A stretch of DNA of 64,000 nt from Isoptericola halotolerans. GTDB taxonomy: Bacteria > Actinomycetota > Actinomycetes > Actinomycetales > Cellulomonadaceae. A model generated the notes under the pieces. That model had not been told where the DNA came from, did no database searches, and was given only the letters and a program-made list of their open reading frames with translations. Made by a program: the position numbers and the translations under genes. The stretch spans positions 496,001 through 560,000 of the forward strand of contig NZ_JABEZU010000002.1 of NCBI RefSeq assembly GCF_013149785.1, written 5' to 3'. This document shows, one piece after another, positions 39,694-50,134 of the stretch; positions within the stretch are counted from its first letter, which is position 1, and every line of letters begins with the position of its first letter.

Positions 39694-39736
39694 CTCGTGG
39701 CAGCTCTCCGGCGGCCGGACTTCGTAGGGTGGTCGC

Positions 39737-40417
39737 ATGGACCTCACCGCGGAGTCGCTCCTGGCAGAGCTGCATGCCGTCGCCGACCCTGTCGCGCACC
39801 CGAACCGCCACTACCCGGGCACCGGAGGCGTCCTGGGCGTGCGGATGGGCACCCTGTTCGACGTCGCGAAGCGGTACACGGACCTGCCGATCACCGAGGT
39901 CGAGACCCTCCTGGAGGAGCCCGCCTACGAGCCCCGGATAGCTGCCTTCTGCGTGCTCGACTTCGCGGTCCGGGGTCCTCGCACCACCGAGGCCGACCGG
40001 GAAGCCTGCTACCGCACCTATCTCGCCCGGCACGACCGGATCGACGCGTGGGACATGGTCGACCGCGCGGCGCCACGCGTCGTCGGCGGGTACCTCCGCC
40101 ACCGCTCCCGTGCGCCGTTGTTCGAGCTGGCCGGGTCGGACGACCCGCTGCGACGGCGGACCGCGATCACCGCCCCGCTCGCCTACACCCGCCCCGCCGA
40201 CCCGGAGGGCATCGCCGACCTGATCCGACTGGCCGAGGTCCTGGCCGCAGATCCGGACCCGGTCGTGTCGAAGCCGGTCGGGACCGCCCTCAAGCACGCC
40301 GGAGCGGCAGACCCGGCGGCGGTGACGGCGTTCCTGGCGAGGATGGGCGACCGCCTGCCCGCACCGGTCCGGCGCGCGGCACGCTCCAAGCTGCCGGGAG
40401 ACCCGGCGCCGCGCTGA
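39737..40417 (+). CDS. DNA alkylation repair protein (AlkD-like HEAT repeat)
   Basis: GVRMG, IDAWDMVD, RRTAI and VSKPVGTALK. Confidence 0.75.
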   Translation: MDLTAESLLAELHAVADPVAHPNRHYPGTGGVLGVRMGTLFDVAKRYTDLPITEVETLLEEPAYEPRIAAFCVLDFAVRGPRTTEADREACYRTYLARHDRIDAWDMVDRAAPRVVGGYLRHRSRAPLFELAGSDDPLRRRTAITAPLAYTRPADPEGIADLIRLAEVLAADPDPVVSKPVGTALKHAGAADPAAVTAFLARMGDRLPAPVRRAARSKLPGDPAPR

Positions 40418-40423
40418 GCCCGA

Positions 40424-41122
40424 TCAGTCCGTCGTGGGCTCGCCCCTGCGAGAGGCCGGGCCCAGCTCGCCCGCGATGCGCTGCTCGATGGCCTCGGTGG
40501 CGGCGTCGGGCAGCACGAGGATGCCCTCGAGCTCCTTCGTCGCCCGCCGGTAGGCCGCCTGCCGCTCGGCGTGCGACGCCCCGGCGTCGTCGGCGAGCGC
40601 GAGGAGCTTCTTCGCGCGGTCCAGCGCGTGTCGCTCCTCGGGGGTGAAGTCGGAGGCGAGCCGGCGCTTCGCCTCCCGTTCGGCGATGTCGAAGGTGAGC
40701 TGGTACTCGCGGACCGCCGCGCGGTACCGGTCCAGGCGACGGCGGTCGCGCAGCTCGTCCAGGTCGTCCGGTCGCAGGCCCTCCGCCTCGCGGCGGGCCC
40801 GGTGGAAGTCGACGGTGACCTGCTCGCGCATGTCCGTGATGACCGGGTACTCCAGCGTCTTGACGGCGTCGAGCTCATAGTCGAGCCACCGCCGGTCCGT
40901 GCGGTCGTGCTCGGCGACCGTCCGCTCGATCTCGCTGCTGAGCGCCTCCTCGGCCTCGGCCGTGGCGAGCCGGCCGGCGTGCTTGAGCCGGTACAGCTCG
41001 ATCTTGTCGCGGCGTCGGCGCTCGTCCCACTTCTGCGCCCCCTTGACCCACCCGCCGACGATGCCGCTGAGCGGGAACACCAGCCACCAGTACGAGCCGA
41101 GGAAGTCCCAGAAGCCGTCCAC
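40424..41122 (-). CDS. Hypothetical protein with N-terminal membrane anchor
   Basis: YWWLVFP TM start, then a helical charged body; TATCGT -10 seven nt before the GTG (alternative ATG 41146). Confidence 0.65.
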   Translation of the reverse strand: MDGFWDFLGSYWWLVFPLSGIVGGWVKGAQKWDERRRRDKIELYRLKHAGRLATAEAEEALSSEIERTVAEHDRTDRRWLDYELDAVKTLEYPVITDMREQVTVDFHRARREAEGLRPDDLDELRDRRRLDRYRAAVREYQLTFDIAEREAKRRLASDFTPEERHALDRAKKLLALADDAGASHAERQAAYRRATKELEGILVLPDAATEAIEQRIAGELGPASRRGEPTTD

Positions 41123-41288
41123 CGGTCCCACGATAGTGCTGCTCATCGTGCCGGGCGGCGACGGGCGGTACCGGTGCGGTTGCCCGCCACGCGGGCGTGG
41201 GCGCACCGGGCGCGGGACCGGGCTACGCTGGGGGCGTCAACCCACCATCGTCGCGGGCGTCGGCGGCCCCGGGCGCATCCGCGCCTGA

Positions 41289-42611
<1,323 letters not shown>

Positions 42612-42642
42612 CGCCGGGTCTCACCCGGTAGCCCTCAGGGCC

Positions 42643-42689
42643 CGACGACGGCCGGTCGCCTCCTTCCGGGAGGTGACCGGCCGTCGTCG
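42643..42689 (+). terminator. Hairpin after eno
   Basis: About 21-bp stem with a short loop. Confidence 0.7.
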
Positions 42690-42783
42690 TCCCCGGACCT
42701 GGGGCCCAGCCTCCCTCCCCCCGGGACGGGGCGCGCCGACGAGGGTGCGGCTCTCGTGGCGTCCGATTCGGCACAATCGAGAC

Positions 42784-43458
42784 GTGCCGTCCCGCCGACC
42801 GACCACGCCTCGTCGCCCCGCCGCCCGTCCGGGCCCGCGCTCGCCGCGTCCGACGTCGACGGCGCGCTCGCGGGCGACCGGGTCGAGCAAGGCGTCGGGC
42901 TCCCAGCGGGGCACCGCACGTCGCCCGGCCGGACCGTCCCGTGACGACCGGCGCCGCAGCCGCCTGGGACTCGTGCTGCCCGAGGTCCTCACGGTCAGGT
43001 TGCTGGTGCTGTCCGTGGTGGTCCTGCTGGCCTTCGTGCTGCTGCTGCCCACGGTCCGCGGCGCGGTGCAGCAGCGGGCCGAGATCGACCGGCTGCAGGC
43101 CGAGCTCAGCGCGTACGAGGCGGAGCGTGCGGGCCTGGAGAACGAGCTCGGGCGGTGGGAGGACCGGTCCTACGTCGTCGAGCAGGCGCGTACCCGGCTG
43201 AACTACGTCATGCCGGGGGACACCGCGTGGCGGGTCATCGACGCGGACGAGGTGGCCGGCGGCGACGGCCCGGACGAGGACGAGGGCGCGGTGACGCCGG
43301 GTTCGGCGGCCGGGCCGACCGGTGCTCCCTGGTACCAGGCGATGTGGGAGTCGATGCGGGTCGTCGACGACCAGGGGACGCTCGACGGCGACCCGACCGA
43401 GGGTGACGAGGACGACGGCCCCGGCGTGGATCCGGACGGTGCCGACGGGGGAGAATGA
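42784..43458 (+). CDS. Septum formation initiator FtsB/DivIC family
   Basis: TM plus coiled coil, ARTRLNYVMPGD and PWYQAMW; conserved position after eno. Confidence 0.85.
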   Translation: MPSRRPTTPRRPAARPGPRSPRPTSTARSRATGSSKASGSQRGTARRPAGPSRDDRRRSRLGLVLPEVLTVRLLVLSVVVLLAFVLLLPTVRGAVQQRAEIDRLQAELSAYEAERAGLENELGRWEDRSYVVEQARTRLNYVMPGDTAWRVIDADEVAGGDGPDEDEGAVTPGSAAGPTGAPWYQAMWESMRVVDDQGTLDGDPTEGDEDDGPGVDPDGADGGE

Positions 43459-43462
43459 CCCC

Positions 43463-43984
43463 GTGACCTCTCAGCGCCCGGCCCCTGCCGACGACCCGAC
43501 GGCCGTGACCGACGACGACCTCGAGGTGCTCGCCGAGCAGCTCGGCCGCGCGCCCCGCGGCGTCGTGGGCATCGCGGCACGCTGCGTGTGCGGCCGCCCC
43601 CTGGTGGTGCGCACCGCGCCGCGGCTGCCCGACGGCACCCCGTTCCCCACCACGTACTACCTGACGCACCCGGGCGCGGTCGCGGCGGCGTCGCGGCTCG
43701 AGGCCGACGGGGTCATGCGGGAGATGTCGCAGCGCCTCACCGAGGACGACGAGCTGGCTGCCGCCTACCGGCGTGCCCACGAGCACTACCTCGCGCGCCG
43801 TGCTGAGCTGGGGAGCGTCGAGGAGATCGACGGGATCTCGGCCGGTGGGATGCCCACCCGGGTCAAGTGCCTGCACGTGCTGATGGGGCACGCGCTGGCG
43901 GCAGGCCCGGGCGTCAACCCGCTGGGCGACGAGGCGTTGGAGCGGGTGCGCGACCAGTGGCGTCCGGACCGGTGCTCGTGCTGA
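43463..43984 (+). CDS. DUF501 family protein
   Basis: PRLPDGTPFPTTYYL and GGMPTRVKCLH; eno-ftsB-DUF501-ppx synteny. Confidence 0.88.
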   Translation: MTSQRPAPADDPTAVTDDDLEVLAEQLGRAPRGVVGIAARCVCGRPLVVRTAPRLPDGTPFPTTYYLTHPGAVAAASRLEADGVMREMSQRLTEDDELAAAYRRAHEHYLARRAELGSVEEIDGISAGGMPTRVKCLHVLMGHALAAGPGVNPLGDEALERVRDQWRPDRCSC

Positions 43985-44033
43985 CGGGTCCGGGCGCGCG
44001 CCTGTCGGCCCCGGATGAGAAGGTGCGTCCGTG

Positions 44034-44984
44034 ATGAGCAGCACCCGTGTCGCCGCCGTGGACTGCGGCACCAACTCGATCCGACTCCTCGTGGCCGACG
44101 TCGCCACCGACGGCACCCTCACCGAGCTCGACCGGCGCATGGAGATCGTGCGCCTCGGGCAGGGGGTCGACCGGACCGGTGAGCTGGCGCCGGAGGCGCT
44201 GGAGCGCACCCTGGCCGCCACGCGGGACTATGCCAAGGCGGCCGCGGAGCTCGGCGCCACCCGCGTCCGGTTCGTGGCGACGTCGGCCACGCGGGACGCC
44301 CGCAACCGCGGCGACTTCGTCGAGGGGGTGCGCGCGGCGCTCGGCGTCGACCCGGAGGTCGTCTCCGGCGAGGAGGAGGCGCGGCTGTCGTTCCTCGGCG
44401 CCACGAGCGGGTCGGCGGCGGACCACCCGGGGCCGTACCTGGTGGTGGACCTGGGCGGCGGCTCGACCGAGCTCGTGCTGGGCACGACGACGCCGGAGGC
44501 CGCGGTGTCGATGGACGTGGGCTCGGTGCGCCTCACCGAGCGTCACCTGCACTCCGACCCGCCGGGCGTGGACGAGGTCGACCGGGCTGCCGCGGACGTG
44601 GACGCCGCGCTGGACACGGCCTGCGCCGTCGTCCCGCTGGGGCGCACCGCGACCCTGGTCGGTCTGGCCGGCTCGGTGACGTCGGTGACGGCGCACTCGC
44701 TGGGACTGACGAGCTACCGGCGCGAGGCCGTCAACGGTGCCGTGCTGAGCGTGGGCGACGTGCTCGCGTCCTGCGACGACCTGCTGGGCCGGACCCGCGA
44801 GGAGCGTCTGGCGCTCGGCTTCATGCACCCGGGGAGGGCCGACGTCATCGGCGCCGGGGCGCTGGTGTGGTCGCGCGTGGTGCGCCGCGTGCGCGACGAG
44901 GTCGCGGCGTCGGGCGGCGAGCTGACGCAGGTGGTCACCTCCGAGAGCGACATCCTCGACGGGATCGCCCTCTCCCTCGCCTGA
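44034..44984 (+). CDS. Ppx/GppA family exopolyphosphatase
   Basis: DCGTNSIRL, ATSATRDA, DLGGGSTE, RADVI and DILDG. Confidence 0.9.
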   Translation: MSSTRVAAVDCGTNSIRLLVADVATDGTLTELDRRMEIVRLGQGVDRTGELAPEALERTLAATRDYAKAAAELGATRVRFVATSATRDARNRGDFVEGVRAALGVDPEVVSGEEEARLSFLGATSGSAADHPGPYLVVDLGGGSTELVLGTTTPEAAVSMDVGSVRLTERHLHSDPPGVDEVDRAAADVDAALDTACAVVPLGRTATLVGLAGSVTSVTAHSLGLTSYRREAVNGAVLSVGDVLASCDDLLGRTREERLALGFMHPGRADVIGAGALVWSRVVRRVRDEVAASGGELTQVVTSESDILDGIALSLA

Positions 44985-44989
44985 CCCCC

Positions 44990-45069
44990 GGGTGTTGTGG
45001 GCGCGATTCCTGGCCCGATATGGCGGTTCTGCACCGCTCGGCGCACCAGAGATCGCGCCCACAACATCC
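44990..45069. repeat. About 80-bp imperfect palindrome (REP-like) with perfect 15-bp arms
   Basis: TGTTGTGGGCGCGAT 44993-45007 and ATCGCGCCCACAACA 45052-45066. Confidence 0.65.
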
Positions 45070-45211
45070 TCGCGGCCGACGGCGGTGCGCCCGGCGGACC
45101 GGACGCCCTCCAGCGGTTCGACCAGCGTGCTGGACGCGAGCTCGCAGCGGTGACGGACGGGACAGCGGACGGACGCGCGAGCGGTCCGTGGACGGTCGTA
45201 GACTGGGAACC

Positions 45212-46663
45212 ATGCCTCAGAACGTTCTGTCGACGGACACCCCTGCCCAGGACGCAGCCGCGCCCTCCCCGCGTCCGCGCAAGGTGCCGCGCATCGTCGT
45301 GCTCGGCGGTGGATCCGTCGGGCTGTACGTGGCGCGACGGCTGCGCAAGAAGCTCGGCAAGCGGGAGGCGGCGATCGTCGTCGTCGACCCGCGGCCGTAC
45401 ATGACGTACGCCCCGTTCCTTCCCGAGGCCGGTGCCGGCTCGATCGACGCCCGCGACGTCGTCGCGCCGCACCGCATCGCGCTCAAGGGCGTCGACGTGC
45501 TGCAGGGCAAGGTCTCGGCGATCGCCCACGGCGACAAGAAGATCACGATCCACCCGGAGTCGGGCCCGGACTACGAAGTCTCCTACGACCAGCTCGTGGT
45601 GGGCCTCGGCTCGGTCTCGCGCACGCTGCCGATCCCGGGGCTCGCCGAGAACGCCATCGGCTTCAAGAACGTGGAGGAGGCCATCGCCGTCCGCAACCAC
45701 GTGCTCAACCGGATGGATGTCGCCTCGTCCACGTGGGACGCCGACCGGCGCCGCAAGATGCTGACGTTCACGTTCGTGGGCGGTGGCTTCGCGGGCATCG
45801 AGGCACTGGCCGAGATCGAGGACATGGCGCGCTACGCGACGCGCAACTACCCGACGATCGAGTCCGAGGACCTGCGCTTCGTCATGATCGAGGGTGCCGG
45901 ACGCATCCTGCCGGAGGTCTCCGAGCCCATGGGCGAGTGGGCCCTGGAGGAGATGAAGAAGCGCGGCATCGAGTTCCACCTCAACACGTTCCTGTCCTCC
46001 TGCGAGGACGGCCACGTGGTGACCTCCACCGGCGTCGAGTTCGACACCGAGACGATCGTGTGGACCGCCGGCGTCAAGGCGAACCCGGTCCTCAAGGAGA
46101 GCTCGGACCTGCCGGTCGACAAGATGGGCCGGGTCACCGTCAAGGCGACGCTGCAGGTCGAGGACGAGAACGGCGAGATCGTCCCCGACGCCTGGGCCGC
46201 CGGCGACTGTGCCGCCGTGCCCGACCTGCTCAACCCGGGCAGCTTCTGCCCGCCCAACGCCCAGCACGCCATCCGTGAGGCGACGCAGCTCGCCGACAAC
46301 ATGATCGCGGCGCTCAAGGGCCAGCAGCCCGAGGAGTACAAGCACAAGAGCGTGGGTGTGGTGGCCTCGCTCGGCATGTACAAGGGTGTGGCTGAGCTGT
46401 TCGGCTTCCTCAAGCTCAAGGGCCCGCTGGCGTGGCTCGCCCACCGTGGTTACCACGTCATGGCGATGCCCACCGGGAACCGCAAGCTGCGCATCCTGGT
46501 CGGCTGGATCGGTCAGTTCCTCATGGGTCGCGAGATCGTCTCCCTCGGCTCCCTGCACGACCCGCGCGACGAGTTCCGCAAGGCGTCGGTGCCGCCGAAG
46601 CCGAAGAACGAGAAGGTCGACCAGCGGGCCGAGTCCTCGGCGTCGAGGGCCGAGAAGGGCTGA
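45212..46663 (+). CDS. Type II NADH dehydrogenase-like FAD-dependent oxidoreductase
   Basis: GGGSVG and GGGFAGIE Rossmann motifs, WTAGV, AGDCA and PNAQHA. Confidence 0.85.
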   Translation: MPQNVLSTDTPAQDAAAPSPRPRKVPRIVVLGGGSVGLYVARRLRKKLGKREAAIVVVDPRPYMTYAPFLPEAGAGSIDARDVVAPHRIALKGVDVLQGKVSAIAHGDKKITIHPESGPDYEVSYDQLVVGLGSVSRTLPIPGLAENAIGFKNVEEAIAVRNHVLNRMDVASSTWDADRRRKMLTFTFVGGGFAGIEALAEIEDMARYATRNYPTIESEDLRFVMIEGAGRILPEVSEPMGEWALEEMKKRGIEFHLNTFLSSCEDGHVVTSTGVEFDTETIVWTAGVKANPVLKESSDLPVDKMGRVTVKATLQVEDENGEIVPDAWAAGDCAAVPDLLNPGSFCPPNAQHAIREATQLADNMIAALKGQQPEEYKHKSVGVVASLGMYKGVAELFGFLKLKGPLAWLAHRGYHVMAMPTGNRKLRILVGWIGQFLMGREIVSLGSLHDPRDEFRKASVPPKPKNEKVDQRAESSASRAEKG

Positions 46664-46707
46664 CCTCTCAGCGACGTGCGACCGGGCGGTTCTGCTCGGT
46701 ACCTTCC

Positions 46708-46760
46708 GCTCCGTTCGGTATCTTGAGCTGCCGATCGCGACGGGAGATACCGAACGGAGC
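46708..46760. repeat. Perfect 16-bp inverted repeat between the ndh-like gene and the tRNA
   Basis: GCTCCGTTCGGTATCT / AGATACCGAACGGAGC with a 21-nt loop. Confidence 0.7.
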
Positions 46761-46783
46761 CGCCCGTTCGTCTGTCGGTGACC

Positions 46784-46857
46784 GCCCCCGTAGCCCAACT
46801 GGCAGAGGCAGCCGGCTTAAACCCGGCCAAGTCCCGGTTCGAACCCGGGCGGGGGCA
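46784..46857 (+). tRNA. tRNA-Leu (anticodon TAA), short variable loop, CCA not encoded
   Basis: Acceptor GCCCCCG/CGGGGGC, anticodon arm GCCGG-CTTAAAC-CCGGC, T arm CCCGG-TTCGAAC-CCGGG. Confidence 0.9.
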
Positions 46858-46877
46858 CGCGGCGCACCGCGCCCGGG

Positions 46878-47750
46878 TCACTCCGGGGCGAGTGCCGCGC
46901 CGAGGAAGTCCCGGATCACGGCGGTGACCTCGTCGAGGTGGGACTCGAGGAGGAAGTGCCCGCCGGGCAGCAGCTCGATCCGCGCGTCGGGCAGATCGGC
47001 GGAGAAGGCCCTGGCGCCGTCGGGCCCGAAGATCTCGTCGTTCTCACCCCATACCGCCAGGAGCGGCACCTGCGAGGCGCGGAAGTACTCGTGCAGCGCC
47101 GGGTAGAGCGGTGGGTTGGTCGCGTAGTCGCGGAAGAGCTGGAGCTGGACCAGGTCGTTGCCCGGACGGGACACGAGCGCGACGTCGTGCTCCCAGGTCT
47201 CCGGGTCGACGAGGGTCGGGTCGGGGACGCCGTGCAGGTACTGCCACCGGATCGCCTCCCGGCCGAGCGCAGGGCGGATGGCGGCCTCTGTCCGCTCGTC
47301 CTGTGTCTCGGCCCAGGCCCACACGTCCGCCCAGAAGCCTTCGACGAACCCGGCGTCGTACGCGTTGCCGTTCTGGCTGATGATCGCCGTGACGGCGGAG
47401 GGGTTCTCGAGCGCGAGCCGCCAGCCGATCGGCGCGCCGTAGTCCTGCACGTAGATCGCGTACCGCGTGACCCCGAGCGACGCCAGCAGGCCCGAGGTGA
47501 TCCGGGCGAGGGCGTCGAAGCTGTAGTCGAACTCGTCGATGCCGGGGGCCGCGGACAGGCCGAAGCCCAGGTGGTCCGGCGCGATCACGTGGTAGTCCTC
47601 GGCGAGCAGGGGGATGAGCCGGCGGAACATGTGGGAGCTCGTCGGGTACCCGTGCAGCAGCACGATCGTCGGTGCGTCGTGGGGGCCGGCCTCGCGATAG
47701 AAGACGGAGTGCCCGTCGACCTCGGTGAACCTGTGGTGGATGGCGACCAT
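46878..47750 (-). CDS. Alpha/beta hydrolase (haloalkane dehalogenase/epoxide hydrolase-like)
   Basis: LLHGYPTSS, QDYGAP nucleophile elbow and GGHF. Confidence 0.85.
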   Translation of the reverse strand: MVAIHHRFTEVDGHSVFYREAGPHDAPTIVLLHGYPTSSHMFRRLIPLLAEDYHVIAPDHLGFGLSAAPGIDEFDYSFDALARITSGLLASLGVTRYAIYVQDYGAPIGWRLALENPSAVTAIISQNGNAYDAGFVEGFWADVWAWAETQDERTEAAIRPALGREAIRWQYLHGVPDPTLVDPETWEHDVALVSRPGNDLVQLQLFRDYATNPPLYPALHEYFRASQVPLLAVWGENDEIFGPDGARAFSADLPDARIELLPGGHFLLESHLDEVTAVIRDFLGAALAPE

Positions 47751-47755
47751 TTTTC

Positions 47756-47830
47756 TAACCCCTCCAGGTAGTTGGATGTAGTTATGAGACCACGGGGGTG
47801 GTAACCTGTCAACCCTAGGCGAGGGGGTTA
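47756..47830. promoter_or_regulatory. Two TAACC-N19-RGTTA operator candidates
   Basis: 47756-47784 and 47802-47830 in an AT-rich divergent intergenic region. Confidence 0.6.
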
Positions 47831-47833
47831 GTG

Positions 47834-48346
47834 ATGGACGTGGTGGCACGTGCGGACGAAGACCTGTTGATCGACCTGCTCAACACGACGTCCGTCGTCG
47901 ACGGCCGGCGGACGGACGAGCTGACCGACGACGCCGGCCAGGCCTGGGCGAGGGCCCACGGCGGTGCCGGGCTCACCGAGGAGGTGGCGACGCTGCGGCG
48001 CGTCCGGGACGCGGTCCAGGAGGTGATCCACGGCGCGGCCGACCCTCAGGACGTGGCGGCCGACGTCGAGAAGGTCGCGGTGCACCCGGTCTGGCGCGAA
48101 GGTTCCCTCGGATGGGAGGTGCAGGCACCTGCCGAGCAGGTGCTCGCGTCACGAGCGCTGCTCGCCTGGGCGGTCGTCCACGAGCGCTCTCCCGGCCGCC
48201 TGCGGCCGTGCGCGAACCCGGAGTGCTGTCGCTTCCTGCTGGACCGCAGCAACGCGAACACGGCGCGGTGGTGCTCGATGGCGCTCTGCGGCAACCGGGT
48301 CAAGGCCCGGCGCCACTACCGGCGGACCAGGGCCGACGAGCAGTAG
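47834..48346 (+). CDS. CGNR zinc-finger (ABATE) regulator
   Basis: DLLNT; C..PEC...FLDRS....RWCSMALCGNR. Confidence 0.88.
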   Translation: MDVVARADEDLLIDLLNTTSVVDGRRTDELTDDAGQAWARAHGGAGLTEEVATLRRVRDAVQEVIHGAADPQDVAADVEKVAVHPVWREGSLGWEVQAPAEQVLASRALLAWAVVHERSPGRLRPCANPECCRFLLDRSNANTARWCSMALCGNRVKARRHYRRTRADEQ

Positions 48347-48368
48347 GCCGGCCGGCGGCCCCTGCCCT

Positions 48369-48383
48369 TCTGCCGTCGGCAGA
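48369..48383. promoter_or_regulatory. PopR box TCTGCC-N3-GGCAGA upstream of the popR-like gene
   Basis: Perfect match to the Streptomyces PopR palindrome as I recall it. Confidence 0.7.
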
Positions 48384-48445
48384 ACCGGGCGCCCGACCTG
48401 CCGGACAGGCCCTGTGGCGGGCCCGTCCGGAGTAGCGTCGGTTCC

Positions 48446-48805
48446 ATGACGAGGAGCGACGGGACGCACGAGCCGCTGCTGCGACACCTGGTGGGTGCCC
48501 TCCTGCGGCGTGCTCGACGACGTCAGGGGCGCACCCTGCAGGAGGTCGCCGAGGTGGCCCGCATGTCGACGGCCTACCTGTCCGAGGTCGAGCGCGGGCG
48601 CAAGGAGCCGTCGTCGGAGGTGCTCGCCGCGGTGTGCCGGGCGCTGGACCTGCGGCTCGTCGACCTGGTCGCCGACGCCCACGCCTCCCTCGTCGCGGCG
48701 ACCGAGCCGCGGGTACGGGTCCTGACGTCCACGGGCCCGACGTCGGTCCAGCACCTGCGGTCGGCGCCGTCCACCACGTCCGACGTCGTCGCGCTCGCCG
48801 CGTGA
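48446..48805 (+). CDS. popR: XRE-family activator, PopR/ClgR-like
   Basis: YLSEVERGRKEPSSEVL; C-terminal ALAA; convergent with the clpP pair; PopR boxes. Confidence 0.75.
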   Translation: MTRSDGTHEPLLRHLVGALLRRARRRQGRTLQEVAEVARMSTAYLSEVERGRKEPSSEVLAAVCRALDLRLVDLVADAHASLVAATEPRVRVLTSTGPTSVQHLRSAPSTTSDVVALAA

Positions 48806-48815
48806 GCAGCCCGGG

Positions 48816-49439
48816 TCACGCGGCCGGATGCTTGCGCGAGGTGACGACGGCGTCGGCCACGCCGTAGGCGACGGCGTCGGCGGCCGAGAGGATGAGGTCG
48901 CGGTCGGTGTCCGCACGCAGCCGCTCGAGGGTCTGGCCGGTGTGGCGGGCGAGCAGCTCCTCGGTCTCGGCGCGAAGGCGCAGCACCTCGCGGGCCTGGA
49001 TCGCCAGGTCTGACACGGTGCCCTGGGCCCGGGAGGAGGGCTGGTGCAGCAGCACGCGCGAGTGCTCCAGCACGGTGCGGCGCCCCGGTGTGCCCGCAGC
49101 CAGGAGCACGGCCGCGGCGGAGGCGGCCTGACCCATGCAGGTGGTGGCGACGTCGCAGCGGACGAACTGCATGGTGTCGTAGACGGCGGCCATCGCGGTG
49201 GCGGAGCCACCGGGGGAGTTGATGTACAGGCCGATCTCGAGCTCGGGGGCCTCGGACTCCAGGTGCAGCAGCTGCGCCATCACGACGTTCGCGACGCCGT
49301 CGTCGATCTCGGTGCCGAGGAAGATGATGCGGTCGCGCAGCAGGCGGCTGAAGACGTCGGAGGCGCGCTCGCCGAGCGGGGTCCTCTCGACGACGTGCGG
49401 GATCGTGTAGCTCGCGGTGCTCGTCATCCCCGTGCTCAT
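48816..49439 (-). CDS. clpP: Clp protease proteolytic subunit (ClpP4-like)
   Basis: YINSPGG, GQAASA, LHQP and DRD. Confidence 0.92.
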   Translation of the reverse strand: MSTGMTSTASYTIPHVVERTPLGERASDVFSRLLRDRIIFLGTEIDDGVANVVMAQLLHLESEAPELEIGLYINSPGGSATAMAAVYDTMQFVRCDVATTCMGQAASAAAVLLAAGTPGRRTVLEHSRVLLHQPSSRAQGTVSDLAIQAREVLRLRAETEELLARHTGQTLERLRADTDRDLILSAADAVAYGVADAVVTSRKHPAA

Positions 49440-50059
49440 AGCCCCGCCTTCCGGCCGGCGGCCGCGGGGCGTACGTCGTCGACGGACTCCACGATCCGGT
49501 CCACGAGCCCGTACTCCAGGGCCTCGGCGGCGGTGAACCACCGGTCGCGGTCGGCGTCCGCCGTGACCTGCTCGACGGTCCGCCCGGAGTGCTGGGCGGT
49601 GAGCTCGTGCATCAGCCGCTTGGTGTGCTCGAGGTTCTCGGCCTGGATGGCGATGTCGACGGCGGTGCCGCCGATCCCCGCCGACGGCTGGTGCATCATC
49701 ACGCGCGTGTGGGGCAGGGCGTACCGCTTGCCGGCCGTGCCGGCGGTGAGCAGGAACTGGCCCATGCTGGCGGCGAACCCGAAGCCGACGGTGACGACGT
49801 CGTTCGGCAGCAGCCGCATCGTGTCGTAGACGGCGAGGCCGGCGCTGACCGAGCCGCCGGGGGAGTTGACGTAGAGGGCGACGTCGGAGGCGGGATCCTC
49901 GGCGGACAGCAGCAGGAGCTGGGCGCAGACACGGTTCGCGACGGCGTCGTCGACCTCGGTGCCGATGACGACGATGCGCTGGTGCAGCAGCCGGGTGGCG
50001 AGCTGGTCGTCGAACGGTGTGGTGGGTGGGGGAGTCTCTGAGCGGAGCGTCGGTTCCAT
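49436..50059 (-). CDS. clpP: Clp protease proteolytic subunit (ClpP3-like)
   Basis: [21 protein letters not shown] and DRDRWF. Confidence 0.92.
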   Translation of the reverse strand: MEPTLRSETPPPTTPFDDQLATRLLHQRIVVIGTEVDDAVANRVCAQLLLLSAEDPASDVALYVNSPGGSVSAGLAVYDTMRLLPNDVVTVGFGFAASMGQFLLTAGTAGKRYALPHTRVMMHQPSAGIGGTAVDIAIQAENLEHTKRLMHELTAQHSGRTVEQVTADADRDRWFTAAEALEYGLVDRIVESVDDVRPAAAGRKAGL

Positions 50060-50100
50060 GGCTTCACGATGCGCCGCCGCTGCCGGTGGCGGGGCGTCGA

Positions 50101-50130
50101 TCTGCCCGCAGCGCATCTGCTCGTGGCAGA
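50101..50130. promoter_or_regulatory. Tandem PopR-like boxes upstream of the clpP operon
   Basis: TCTGCC-CGC-AGCGCA followed by TCTGCT-CGT-GGCAGA. Confidence 0.65.
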
Positions 50131-50134
50131 CGGG

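Noticed and set aside
42614..42628. TCACCCG after eno as part of the glycan regulon
   Set aside because: Part of a small hairpin beside the terminator, with no phased -10 found
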